DNA of 64,000 nucleotides from Minisyncoccota bacterium (GTDB lineage: Bacteria > Patescibacteriota > Minisyncoccia > Phycocordibacterales > UBA9973): NCBI GenBank assembly GCA_041658325.1, contig JBBAAI010000002.1, forward strand, positions 20,409 through 84,408. Reading direction: 5' to 3'. Made by a program: the position numbers and the translations under genes. This document shows positions 38,760 to 47,785 of the stretch, piece after piece; positions within the stretch are counted from its first letter, which is position 1, and each line of letters starts with the position of its first letter. A model generated the notes under the pieces. That model was not told the DNA's origin. It was given only the letters and a program-made list of their open reading frames with translations, and made no database searches.

Positions 38760-40400
38760 ATGGATGCAGGTGAAATTAGATCAAGATTTCTAAAATTTTT
38801 TGAAAATCGAGGACATAAAATAATTCCTTCTTCTTCGTTGATACCGAATGATCCTTCTGTATTATTCACTACTGCCGGCATGCAACAGTTCAAGCCATAT
38901 TATACTAATCCACAAAATGCCGATAAAGATTTTGGTAGTAGGAATCTTGTTACTATTCAAAAATGTATACGAACTGGTGATATTGATGAAGTTGGAGACT
39001 CCACTCATCTGACCTTTTTTGAAATGCTGGGCAATTTTTCTTTTGGTGGATATGGTAGACGTGAAGCTATTACTTATGCTCATGATTTTATTACTAAGGA
39101 GTTAAATTTAGAAATTTCTTACGTTACAATTTACGAGGGAAACAAAAATGTTCCCAGAGACGATGAGTCAGAAAAAATCTGGAAAGAATTAGGTTTAAAA
39201 AACATCAAAGAAGAGGGTAGTGATGTTTTTTGGGGTCCAACAGGAGATTCAGGTCCTTGCGGACCGACCACAGAAATTTATTGCAAAAACGCCGATGGAG
39301 ATGATGTGGAAATTTGGAATGTAGTTTTTAATGAGTATTTTTGCGATAATTCACGTGATAAATTAGACAAAGGTGAGGCTAATTTAAAAAAATTGGATAT
39401 TTTAGGTATTGATACTGGTATGGGTTTTGAACGGCTGCTCGCTACCGCGCAAAAAAAGAAAAATGTTTATGAGACGGATGTTTTTAATAATGAAAAAACC
39501 AAAGAAGAACGAATTGTTGCGGATCACTTAAAAGCTTCTCTTTTTATGATTTCAGACGGTGTAACTCCTTCAAATACCGGAGCCGGATATGTTCTTCGTA
39601 GATTAATTAGGCGAGCAGTTAGATTTTCTAAGCAACCGCTAATAAAAGAAATTGAAAATATAAAGAAAATTTATGAAGGTATATATGTTCTCAATGATAA
39701 AGGAGAAATAGAGAAAGAAGAAAATAAATTTAGACAAACACTTCATCATGGTTTAAAAGAATTTGAAAAGGGGATAGATCCTTTTGTTTTGGCTACTACT
39801 TATGGTTTTCCTATAGAGCTTACCCTTGAGCTGGCGAAAGAAAAAGGAAAAGATATAGATCTTGAGGATTTTCATAAAAAAATGGCGGAGCACCAGAAGC
39901 TCTCTCAGACATCTTCAGCAGGAATGTTCAAGGGTGGACTTGCTAACCACAATGAAAAAACGATTAAATTACACACAGCACATCATTTACTTCTCGCTGG
40001 ACTTAAGGCTATTGTTGATAAAAATATAAAACAAAGGGGAAGTAATATTACTGAAGAGCGTTTGCGCATGGATTTTTTATGTGATCATAAATTAACTGAC
40101 GAGGAAAAGAAAAAGGTAGAAGATTGGGTAAACGAGAAAATAAAAGAGGGGCTAAATGTCGTGCGTCGCGAAATGTCTATTACTGAAGCGGAAAAAATTG
40201 GCGCTGAGATGGAGTTTGGGGCAAAATATCCCGAGACTGTGTCTTTGTACTTTATAGAAGATAAAAACGGTAACCCCATTTCAAAAGAATTTTGCGGTGG
40301 TCCACATGTTTCAAATACTGGAGAATTAGGTCAATTCAAAATTCAAAAAGAAGAAGCAGTAGCACAAGGAATTAGGCGTATAAAAGCCATACTTATCTAG
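38760..40400 (+). CDS. alaS: Alanine--tRNA ligase, compact form lacking C-Ala
   Basis: LFTTAGMQ, FFEMLGNFS, GPCGP, DTGMG.ER, HTAHHLL, CGGPHV; ends at GIRRIKA. Confidence 0.95.
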   Translation: MDAGEIRSRFLKFFENRGHKIIPSSSLIPNDPSVLFTTAGMQQFKPYYTNPQNADKDFGSRNLVTIQKCIRTGDIDEVGDSTHLTFFEMLGNFSFGGYGRREAITYAHDFITKELNLEISYVTIYEGNKNVPRDDESEKIWKELGLKNIKEEGSDVFWGPTGDSGPCGPTTEIYCKNADGDDVEIWNVVFNEYFCDNSRDKLDKGEANLKKLDILGIDTGMGFERLLATAQKKKNVYETDVFNNEKTKEERIVADHLKASLFMISDGVTPSNTGAGYVLRRLIRRAVRFSKQPLIKEIENIKKIYEGIYVLNDKGEIEKEENKFRQTLHHGLKEFEKGIDPFVLATTYGFPIELTLELAKEKGKDIDLEDFHKKMAEHQKLSQTSSAGMFKGGLANHNEKTIKLHTAHHLLLAGLKAIVDKNIKQRGSNITEERLRMDFLCDHKLTDEEKKKVEDWVNEKIKEGLNVVRREMSITEAEKIGAEMEFGAKYPETVSLYFIEDKNGNPISKEFCGGPHVSNTGELGQFKIQKEEAVAQGIRRIKAILI

Positions 40401-40433
40401 TTTTTCTTTTCTTGTTTGTGTTATAATTATTCT

Positions 40434-41654
40434 ATGAGCTTTTTTTCTGGATCTAAAAAGAGAAATGAATTAACATTGGTTTTTAACATTGGGTCTTCTT
40501 CAGTGACAGGGGCGTTTTTTGAGGCACAAAGTTCTGGAATTCCCAAAATAATTTTTTCTGTTAGAGAATCAATAAAGGTTGGAAAAAGAATTGATGTTGA
40601 TCGTTTTTTGCTTTTGACGATTCAAGCATTGGAAACTGTAGTTAATAAAGTTTATGAGGCTCGCATCGGCGCACCCACTAGGATTTTTTGTGTACTTTCT
40701 TCACCCTGGTGTGTTTCTCAGACACGAATGATTAATTTAAAAAAGAATACGCCTTTTATTTTTACTGAAAAATTAGCAGATGAATTGATTCAAAAAGAAA
40801 TTAAATTATTCGAAGAAGAATATTCAGTAAAATACTCAGATGCAGACAATTCGGTTCGTATGATAGAACTTAAAAACATTAAAACGATGCTAAATGGTTA
40901 CGAAACACCAAAACCGCTAGGTCAAAAAACTAAAGAGTTAGAAATGGTTATTTATATCTCTATAAGTGGAGAACGAATATTAAAAAAAATAGAAGATACA
41001 ATACAAAAATATTTTCATTTAAAGCAAATGAGATTTTGTTCGTTTGCTTTGTCTTCTTTTACTGTGGCACGTGATATGTACGCACAGCAAGAAAATTTTC
41101 TTTTGGTTGATATTGGCGGAGAGGTTACAGATATTGCGATGGCAAAGAAAAATATATTACGTGAGTCGATTTCGTTTCCTTTAGGTCGTAATTTTTTAAC
41201 ACGTGGAGTTGCTTCTGGCTTAGGATGTACTCTCGGTGAAGCGAATTCTTTAATTTCTCTTTTGAAAGATGGACATGCAGAAGCCTCTGTGGCAAAAAAG
41301 CTTACAGCTATTATGGATAAATTAAGAACAGAATGGCTCAAAAAATTTCAAGAATCTTTGGTAAATCTTTCTAATGATGTTTCTATTCCAGAGACTATCT
41401 ATATCGTTATAGATAAAGATGTAGCAGATTTTTTTTCAGAAACAATAAAAACTGAACAATTTAGTCAGTATACCTTAACAGAGTCAAAATTTAAGGTTAT
41501 TTTTTTAAGCACGGAGTTGCTTCATGATATAGCAATATTTAAAGAAAATATAATTCGTGAACCATTTATTATTATTGATTCAATTTATATTAATCGTTTT
41601 TTAATTCATCCATTTAATTCCACCTTGGGAGGAAAAACAGTGGGCCAAATATAA
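40434..41654 (+). CDS. FtsA/PilM-like actin-fold protein, divergent
   Basis: FNIGSSSV and LLVDIGGEVTD phosphate motifs, SFPLG. Confidence 0.7.
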   Translation: MSFFSGSKKRNELTLVFNIGSSSVTGAFFEAQSSGIPKIIFSVRESIKVGKRIDVDRFLLLTIQALETVVNKVYEARIGAPTRIFCVLSSPWCVSQTRMINLKKNTPFIFTEKLADELIQKEIKLFEEEYSVKYSDADNSVRMIELKNIKTMLNGYETPKPLGQKTKELEMVIYISISGERILKKIEDTIQKYFHLKQMRFCSFALSSFTVARDMYAQQENFLLVDIGGEVTDIAMAKKNILRESISFPLGRNFLTRGVASGLGCTLGEANSLISLLKDGHAEASVAKKLTAIMDKLRTEWLKKFQESLVNLSNDVSIPETIYIVIDKDVADFFSETIKTEQFSQYTLTESKFKVIFLSTELLHDIAIFKENIIREPFIIIDSIYINRFLIHPFNSTLGGKTVGQI

Positions 41655-41656
41655 TT

Positions 41657-42919
41657 ATGTCTAAATATTTACTAAAAGATATGGTGCAAACCAAACACAA
41701 TATAAAAGAAATAACTAGGGAAGGCCCTGTGCGAAATGGAATAAAAAAAGAACATAAAATAATAGAAATTGAGACAAATTATCCTAAAAATAAATCTCGA
41801 TATATGCTTTGGCTTGTAGCAGTGATCTCGATTATATTTTGTTTTTTTGCTATTTCTTTTTTATTTTCAAAAGTAGAAGTTAAAGTAGATCCTAAAACCG
41901 AAGATTTAGTATTAAACGAAAATTTATCTGCAAACAAAGATTCTAGTAATGATTTGTTTTTTAATTTGGTAGTTATCCCGGGGGAGGAAAGTGGAATAGT
42001 GCCAGCTACAGGAGAAAAAGAGATGTCTCTAAAAGCCACTGGTACTGTTATCGTTTATAATGCTTTTAGTTCTTCTCCTCAAACACTTAGTATAGACACA
42101 AGGCTAGAGGGTTCAAATGGGAAAATTTATAAAACACAAACTAAGACAGTTGTACCCGGGATGAACAACAAAGGCATCCCAGGTTCAATAGAGGTAAAAA
42201 TTTATGCTAGTGTAGCTGGAACAGAATATAACAGCTCACCACTTGATTTTAAAATTGTTGGTTTTAAAGGAACTTCTAAATATTTAAAGATTTATGCAAG
42301 ATCAAAAGGGGAAATAATTGGTGGTTTTAAAGGTAAAATTCCTGCTGTTTCTGATGCAGAAAAAACTTCTGCATTGGCTAACCTAAAAACAACCCTAGAG
42401 GCAAAACTTTTACAAAAAGCAACAGACCAAATTCCTAGCGGATTTGTTTTATTCAAAGACGCTATTTTTCTTAACACAAATGAGAACAATGTTTCTTTTA
42501 CAGCTAAAGAGAATAATTTAATGATAACAATGAAAGGTACACTATATGGTTTCATTTTTGATGAACAAAAACTAACAAAAAAAATTGCAAAAGATAATAT
42601 TGAAAAATATGATGGAAGTGATATTTATATATCAAATATTAAAAATCTAATATTTACACTTGCCAATAAAGACAATATTTCGTTTGGGGATATACAAAAT
42701 ATAAATTTTAATTTATCTGGTCCTGCAAAAATCGTTTGGAAGTTAGATATAAATAAGTTTATCACTGATTTATTGGGTAAATCAAAAAAAGATTTTAATC
42801 AAGTACTTTTTCAATATGGGAATATTGATTCTGCCACTTTAATAATCAGCCCTGTGTGGAAGAGATCTATTCCAGATCAATCAAAAAAAATAAAAGTAAT
42901 TATAAATTATCCAAAATAA
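41657..42919 (+). CDS. Single-TM protein with baseplate-J-like extracellular region
   Basis: KATGTVIVYN..TRL..GKIYKT..VVPG..V...A...G.EYN...GG pattern. Confidence 0.55.
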   Translation: MSKYLLKDMVQTKHNIKEITREGPVRNGIKKEHKIIEIETNYPKNKSRYMLWLVAVISIIFCFFAISFLFSKVEVKVDPKTEDLVLNENLSANKDSSNDLFFNLVVIPGEESGIVPATGEKEMSLKATGTVIVYNAFSSSPQTLSIDTRLEGSNGKIYKTQTKTVVPGMNNKGIPGSIEVKIYASVAGTEYNSSPLDFKIVGFKGTSKYLKIYARSKGEIIGGFKGKIPAVSDAEKTSALANLKTTLEAKLLQKATDQIPSGFVLFKDAIFLNTNENNVSFTAKENNLMITMKGTLYGFIFDEQKLTKKIAKDNIEKYDGSDIYISNIKNLIFTLANKDNISFGDIQNINFNLSGPAKIVWKLDINKFITDLLGKSKKDFNQVLFQYGNIDSATLIISPVWKRSIPDQSKKIKVIINYPK

Positions 42920-42976
42920 TCCTTCAATTTTTTATTTGACATATTTTTTTTATTTTATTATAATTATAATCTATAC

Positions 42977-43210
42977 ATGAACGATTTAAAAAATGAAAAA
43001 ATTGTGACGGCAAGGGGAGTTGTTACTGAAGCTCTTCCTTCTACTTTATTTAGAGTTAAAATGGAAGATGGCGCAGAAAACGAAAAAGAAATTCTTGCAT
43101 ATCTTGGTGGAAAAATGCGAATGCATAGAATTAAAGTTTTGATCGGAGATAAAGTAGAGGTTGTTCTTGATTCTTATGGTGGGAAGGGCAGAATAGTAAA
43201 AAGGTTGTAA
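42977..43210 (+). CDS. infA: Translation initiation factor IF-1
   Basis: GVVTEALP..FRV, GKMR..RI.VL.GDKV. Confidence 0.96.
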   Translation: MNDLKNEKIVTARGVVTEALPSTLFRVKMEDGAENEKEILAYLGGKMRMHRIKVLIGDKVEVVLDSYGGKGRIVKRL

Positions 43211-43343
43211 TGGGGTTGTATTATTTTTAATAATAGTGTATTATAGTGCTTACAGTTTATTTTTGGTTTTAAAAAGTTAAAGTGTTGAAAAATAAGGGTT
43301 ATTTCCTTGTTTTTCTTTTGTGTAATGTTAAATAAAAGTTTTT

Positions 43344-43454
43344 ATGAAAATCAAATCAGCAGTAAAAAAAATTTGTGATAATTGTAAAATGGTTAAACGA
43401 GCCAGGCATTTAAGAATAATTTGCTCTAATCCAAAGCATAAACAAAAGCAATAA
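43344..43454 (+). CDS. rpmJ: 50S ribosomal protein L36 (not in ORF track)
   Basis: [36 protein letters not shown], located between infA and rpsM. Confidence 0.95.
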   Translation: MKIKSAVKKICDNCKMVKRARHLRIICSNPKHKQKQ

Positions 43455-43456
43455 TT

Positions 43457-43837
43457 ATGAGAATATTAGGAATTACAGTACCAAATGAAAAAAGACTCGA
43501 AATTGGTTTGACTTGCCTCTACGGTATTGGTGTTTCGGCTGCTCGTAAAATTTTAGATCAAGTTGGTATTAATCATGGTAAAAAAGCAAAAGATTTAACT
43601 CTAGATGAAGAAAACAAAATTCGTCTTGTTGTGGAAAAAATTTTAATCGAAGGAAATTTAAAGCGAGAAATAGCAGCAAATATCAAAAGATTAAAGGACA
43701 TAAAAAGTTATCGAGGAATTAGACACATGAAAAGATTGCCTGTTCGCGGACAACGCACCAAAACAAATTCACGAACTATTAGGGGCAATGTTCGAAAAAC
43801 AATGGCTTCAGGAAAAAGAAAAGAAAGTAAAACTTAA
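43457..43837 (+). CDS. rpsM: 30S ribosomal protein S13
   Basis: YRG.RH..LPVRGQRTKTNSRT. Confidence 0.98.
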   Translation: MRILGITVPNEKRLEIGLTCLYGIGVSAARKILDQVGINHGKKAKDLTLDEENKIRLVVEKILIEGNLKREIAANIKRLKDIKSYRGIRHMKRLPVRGQRTKTNSRTIRGNVRKTMASGKRKESKT

Positions 43838-43849
43838 TTTAATTTAAAA

Positions 43850-44287
43850 ATGGGAAAAACAAAAATTACAACAGAAACAAACGAAGCAACTGGAACAGAA
43901 GTAGAAATAAAAAAAGCTCCTTCTAAAACAGCAAAAAAGAAAATAACTTCTGGAGTTTTACACGTGGAGGCTACCTTCAATAACACTAAAGTTCTTTTTT
44001 CAGACAAATTAGGCAATACATTATTTTGGTCAAGTGCTGGATCTTTAGGTTTTAGGGGAGCTAAAAAGGGTACTCCTTTTGCGGCCTCTAAGGTGGGTGA
44101 TTTGATTGGGTCTAAAGCAGCTGTTCTCGGTGTAAAAGATTCTGATGTTGTTGTGTTGGGAGTTGGTTCTGGGCGTGAACCAGCGATTAGAGCTTTTATG
44201 GCGCATGGTATTGAAATCACCTCTATCTTAGATGCAACACCCGTACCCCACAATGGTCCAAAAGCCAAAAAGCCAAGACGAGTATAA
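43850..44287 (+). CDS. rpsK: 30S ribosomal protein S11
   Basis: ATFNNT, KKGTPFAA, TPVPHNG. Confidence 0.98.
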   Translation: MGKTKITTETNEATGTEVEIKKAPSKTAKKKITSGVLHVEATFNNTKVLFSDKLGNTLFWSSAGSLGFRGAKKGTPFAASKVGDLIGSKAAVLGVKDSDVVVLGVGSGREPAIRAFMAHGIEITSILDATPVPHNGPKAKKPRRV

Positions 44288-44315
44288 ATAAGTTTAAATT
44301 AGTATTTTAAAAATT

Positions 44316-44918
44316 ATGATATCCAAACCAAAATTTAAAATTTGCAGAAGATTAGGCCCAGGAGTTTATGATAAATGTCAGACTTCTAAGTTTGCTTCAT
44401 CTTCCACAAAGACTTTGCCAGGAGGTAAGCGTCCTAAGGCCCCCACTGAATATGGGGTGCAGCTTATAGAAAAACAAAAAATACGTTTTTCATATGGTAT
44501 ATCTGAACGTCAGCTTTCTAATTATGTTAAAAAAGTTTCTCATATTAAAGGTGCTGGTACATCCCTAAAACTTTACGAAGGTCTTGAATCTCGTCTTGAT
44601 AATGTAATTTATAGAATGGGCCTTGGAGCCAGCCGTAGAGCTACTAGACAAATGGTTTCCCATGGACATTTTATCGTTAATAATCACAGAGTTACCGTTC
44701 CATCATTTGAATTAAAAGTAGGAGATGTTGTAAAAATTCGTGAAGGTAGTAAGGGGAAGAAAATTTTTGAAAATATGACAGATAGATTGAAAGATTATAA
44801 TGGTCCAGCTTGGGTAGCTTTTGATCCAAAAAACATGGAAGGACGTGTTTTAGCTAAACCAAAAAATACTGAAACTTTTCTTGATCTTAACGCTGTACTT
44901 GAATTTTACAGTCGTTAA
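44316..44918 (+). CDS. rpsD: 30S ribosomal protein S4
   Basis: QL.EKQK, LESRLDN, RQMVSHGH, EFYSR. Confidence 0.98.
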   Translation: MISKPKFKICRRLGPGVYDKCQTSKFASSSTKTLPGGKRPKAPTEYGVQLIEKQKIRFSYGISERQLSNYVKKVSHIKGAGTSLKLYEGLESRLDNVIYRMGLGASRRATRQMVSHGHFIVNNHRVTVPSFELKVGDVVKIREGSKGKKIFENMTDRLKDYNGPAWVAFDPKNMEGRVLAKPKNTETFLDLNAVLEFYSR

Positions 44919-44981
44919 ATTATTATTTTTTATTTCCGCTAAGGCGGATTAAGTATTATTAAAAATTAAAATTATAAAATT

Positions 44982-45962
44982 ATGCCTGAATATAAAATAA
45001 TTATGCCTTCAAAGCCCCGTGTTGTTTTAGAAGAAGGTAATAAGGGAGTATTTGAAATAGATGGTTTGTCACCTGGGTATGGTCATACCTTAGGGAATAG
45101 TTTACGAAGAATTATTCTTTCATCTATTCCAGGAGCAAGCATTACTTCTATTAAAATTGACGGTGTATCACATGAATTCCAAACTATGGACGGGATCAAG
45201 GAAGATGTGATAGTAATGATTTTAAATTTGAAAAAAGCTCGTTTTAAAATGATATCGGATGAACCTCAAATAGTCTCGCTTTCTATCAAGGGTCCAAAAG
45301 AAGTTCTCGCAGGGGATATAAAGACGGGCGGACAGGTAGAAATTTTAAATCCTGAGCTTCACATTGCAGAAGTTACCGGTAAAATAAATTTTAATATAGA
45401 AATGAAGATCGAAAAAGGTTTAGGTTTTATAGCAAAAGAAATTTTTCAAAAAGAAAAAGTTGATGTTGGGACAATTGCAGTTGATGCAATTTTTACTCCT
45501 ATTCGTCGAGTTGCTTATGAAGTTGAAAATATGCGTGTTGGCGATAAGACGAACCACAATCGTTTAAGAATTTCAATAGAAACAGACGGTACTTTAACTC
45601 CTCGCGAGGCGCTCTCACGTTCTATTGAGATTATGATTAATCAATTAAAAGCCATTATCGACTTTAAAGAGCCAGAAGAAGAAGTAAAAATTGGTAAAAA
45701 GGCGGGCAAAGAAGAAGATGATACTGAGGAAAAAAATGAAAAAAAGGGAAATGATTTTGCTGATGTTTTAAAAACTCGTACAGACAGCCTAGATCTTTCT
45801 ACTAGAACACTTAACGCATTAACTTCCGCAAACATTAGGACATTAGGAGGTTTAGCTCGAAAGAAAAGAGAAGATTTACTTGAGTTAGAAGGTATCGGCG
45901 AAAAGGGAATTACAGAAATCAAAAAAGTTTTGAATAAGTTTGGTCTTAATCTAAAAGAATAA
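44982..45962 (+). CDS. rpoA: RNA polymerase alpha subunit
   Basis: GYGHTLGNSLRRIILSS, DAIFTPI, alpha-CTD. Confidence 0.98.
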   Translation: MPEYKIIMPSKPRVVLEEGNKGVFEIDGLSPGYGHTLGNSLRRIILSSIPGASITSIKIDGVSHEFQTMDGIKEDVIVMILNLKKARFKMISDEPQIVSLSIKGPKEVLAGDIKTGGQVEILNPELHIAEVTGKINFNIEMKIEKGLGFIAKEIFQKEKVDVGTIAVDAIFTPIRRVAYEVENMRVGDKTNHNRLRISIETDGTLTPREALSRSIEIMINQLKAIIDFKEPEEEVKIGKKAGKEEDDTEEKNEKKGNDFADVLKTRTDSLDLSTRTLNALTSANIRTLGGLARKKREDLLELEGIGEKGITEIKKVLNKFGLNLKE

Positions 45963-45967
45963 TTTAT

Positions 45968-46321
45968 ATGCGACACCATAACAATACAAGAAAATTCGGT
46001 AGAGATAAAACACAAAAACGCGCATTAATAAATTCTTTGGCGCTAAATTTAATCGTGCGTGGAAAAATAAAAACGACCGAACCAAAAGCAAAAGAATTAA
46101 GACCTTTTATTGAAAAACTTGTAACTCGTGCTAAAAAGGGTGATTTGGCTACACGCAGGTTGATTATTTCTAAACTTTCCAATAGACGCTCTGAAGTGAA
46201 AAAGCTTTTTGAAGTTATTGCCCCAAAATATACAGACAAGAAAGGAGGATACACCAGAATTTTAAAATTAGGCGCTAGAAAGTCGGACGGCGCAAAAATG
46301 GCAATTATAGAATTTGTTTAA
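45968..46321 (+). CDS. rplQ: 50S ribosomal protein L17
   Basis: MRH, IKTTEPKAKE, GGYTRI. Confidence 0.98.
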   Translation: MRHHNNTRKFGRDKTQKRALINSLALNLIVRGKIKTTEPKAKELRPFIEKLVTRAKKGDLATRRLIISKLSNRRSEVKKLFEVIAPKYTDKKGGYTRILKLGARKSDGAKMAIIEFV

Positions 46322-46359
46322 TTACTTGTTTTATTTTTGAAATGATTTAGTATAAAAAA

Positions 46360-46713
46360 ATGACAAAGGAAATGAAAACAATAGATGCAAGTGGGAGAAC
46401 ACTCGGAAGGGTAGCTAGTGAAGTAGCTATGTCTTTAATGGGTAAAACCAAGGCCACTTTTGAACGAAATAAATATTCTGGTTTTCCAGTAAAAGTAATA
46501 AATGCTTCTAAGCTTCGCATAACTATTAAAAAACTAGAAGAAATTTATCATACTAGATATTCTGGCATTCCAGGCGGACTTCGTATTTTAAAAGGTACAG
46601 AAACAGCTGAAAAGAGAGGATTAAAAGAATTAATCAAACTTGCCACATATCAGATGCTTCCGGGAAATAAATTACGTAGAGTTATGATGAAAAATTTAAC
46701 AATTGAAGATTAG
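46360..46713 (+). CDS. rplM: 50S ribosomal protein L13 (short)
   Basis: IDA..LGR.AS, YSG.PGGL, MLP. Confidence 0.95.
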   Translation: MTKEMKTIDASGRTLGRVASEVAMSLMGKTKATFERNKYSGFPVKVINASKLRITIKKLEEIYHTRYSGIPGGLRILKGTETAEKRGLKELIKLATYQMLPGNKLRRVMMKNLTIED

Positions 46714-46718
46714 AATAT

Positions 46719-47135
46719 ATGGATAAAGATACACCAAAAGGAAAATATATTGAAGCTATAGGAAGACGAAAAACTTCAACTGCTAGAGTGCGCATAACAG
46801 AAGCGAGCAAGACTCATTTTACCGTGAATGATAAGGAGGCAAAAGAATATTTCAAGACTGAAGATCAGCGTCGTTTGATTTTAGATCCAATGATAAAAGG
46901 ATTGCCAACAGGCGCTAAAAAATGGAGTGTAGAAGTGCATGTATCGGGTGGCGGAATTCATTCTCAAGCAGAAGCCATTCGTCACGGGCTTTCTAGAGCT
47001 CTTGTGGATTCAGACATTGCTTTGCGCGGAGGTTTAAAGACATTAGGATTTTTGAAGCGTGATCCGAGAGCAAAAGAACGCAGAAAATTCGGACTAAAGA
47101 AAGCTCGTAAAGCTCCACAATGGTCTAAACGTTAA
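46719..47135 (+). CDS. rpsI: 30S ribosomal protein S9
   Basis: GRRKTSTARV, GGG..SQA, ERRKFGLKKARKAPQWSKR. Confidence 0.98.
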   Translation: MDKDTPKGKYIEAIGRRKTSTARVRITEASKTHFTVNDKEAKEYFKTEDQRRLILDPMIKGLPTGAKKWSVEVHVSGGGIHSQAEAIRHGLSRALVDSDIALRGGLKTLGFLKRDPRAKERRKFGLKKARKAPQWSKR

Positions 47136-47140
47136 TTTTT

Positions 47141-47173
47141 CTAAAATACTTCTTGAAAAAAGAAGTATTTTAG
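47141..47173 (+). terminator. Hairpin after rpsI overlapping a putative grpE promoter
   Basis: CTAAAATACTTCTT / AAGAAGTATTTTAG inverted repeat. Confidence 0.7.
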
Positions 47174-47188
47174 TTATAATATATCTCT

Positions 47189-47785
47189 ATGGCAGACGAA
47201 GAAAAAAAACAAGTAAATGAAACTACCTCCGAATCAGAAGATTCTGAAGTTCTTGAATTTGAATTCAATGAAGACGGAGAAGAAGATTTAAAAAAGACTC
47301 TTAAAAAATTTAGGGCTGATTTGAAAGTGTGTCAAAAAGAAAAAGAAGAATATTTAACTGGCTGGCAGAAGGAGCGGGCTGAATTTGCTAATTATCGAAA
47401 ACAAGAAGATGACCGGAAAGCCATTTTTTCGGAAGCAATGCGTGAGCGGATTTTGATGCGTTTTTTAACTGTACTCGATAGTTTTAATATGGCTTTCGCT
47501 AATAAAGAATCTTGGGAGAAAGTAGATGAAAATTGGCGTAAGGGGGTGGAATACATTTACTCTCAAATGAACGCAATTTTTGAAGAATACGGGATAAAGC
47601 CCGTAGGTGAAGAAGGGGAGAGTTTTGATCCCAGTATTCATCAATCCATCGATATGGTGGGGACAGAAAAAAAAGAACTAGAACACAAAGTAGCTACTGT
47701 GATTCAAAAAGGATATAAAATGGGAGAAAGAGTTATCCGCCCAGCAAGAGTAAACGTTTATGAATGCAAAGAAGGAGGAAACTAG
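47189..47785 (+). CDS. grpE: Nucleotide exchange factor GrpE
   Basis: AEFANYRK, FDPSIH, QKGY...RVIRPARV. Confidence 0.96.
   Translation: MADEEKKQVNETTSESEDSEVLEFEFNEDGEEDLKKTLKKFRADLKVCQKEKEEYLTGWQKERAEFANYRKQEDDRKAIFSEAMRERILMRFLTVLDSFNMAFANKESWEKVDENWRKGVEYIYSQMNAIFEEYGIKPVGEEGESFDPSIHQSIDMVGTEKKELEHKVATVIQKGYKMGERVIRPARVNVYECKEGGN

Noticed and set aside
41657-42919. Prophage or contractile injection system
   Set aside because: No sheath, tube, terminase, capsid or integrase genes; protein has a TM anchor and core-gene context
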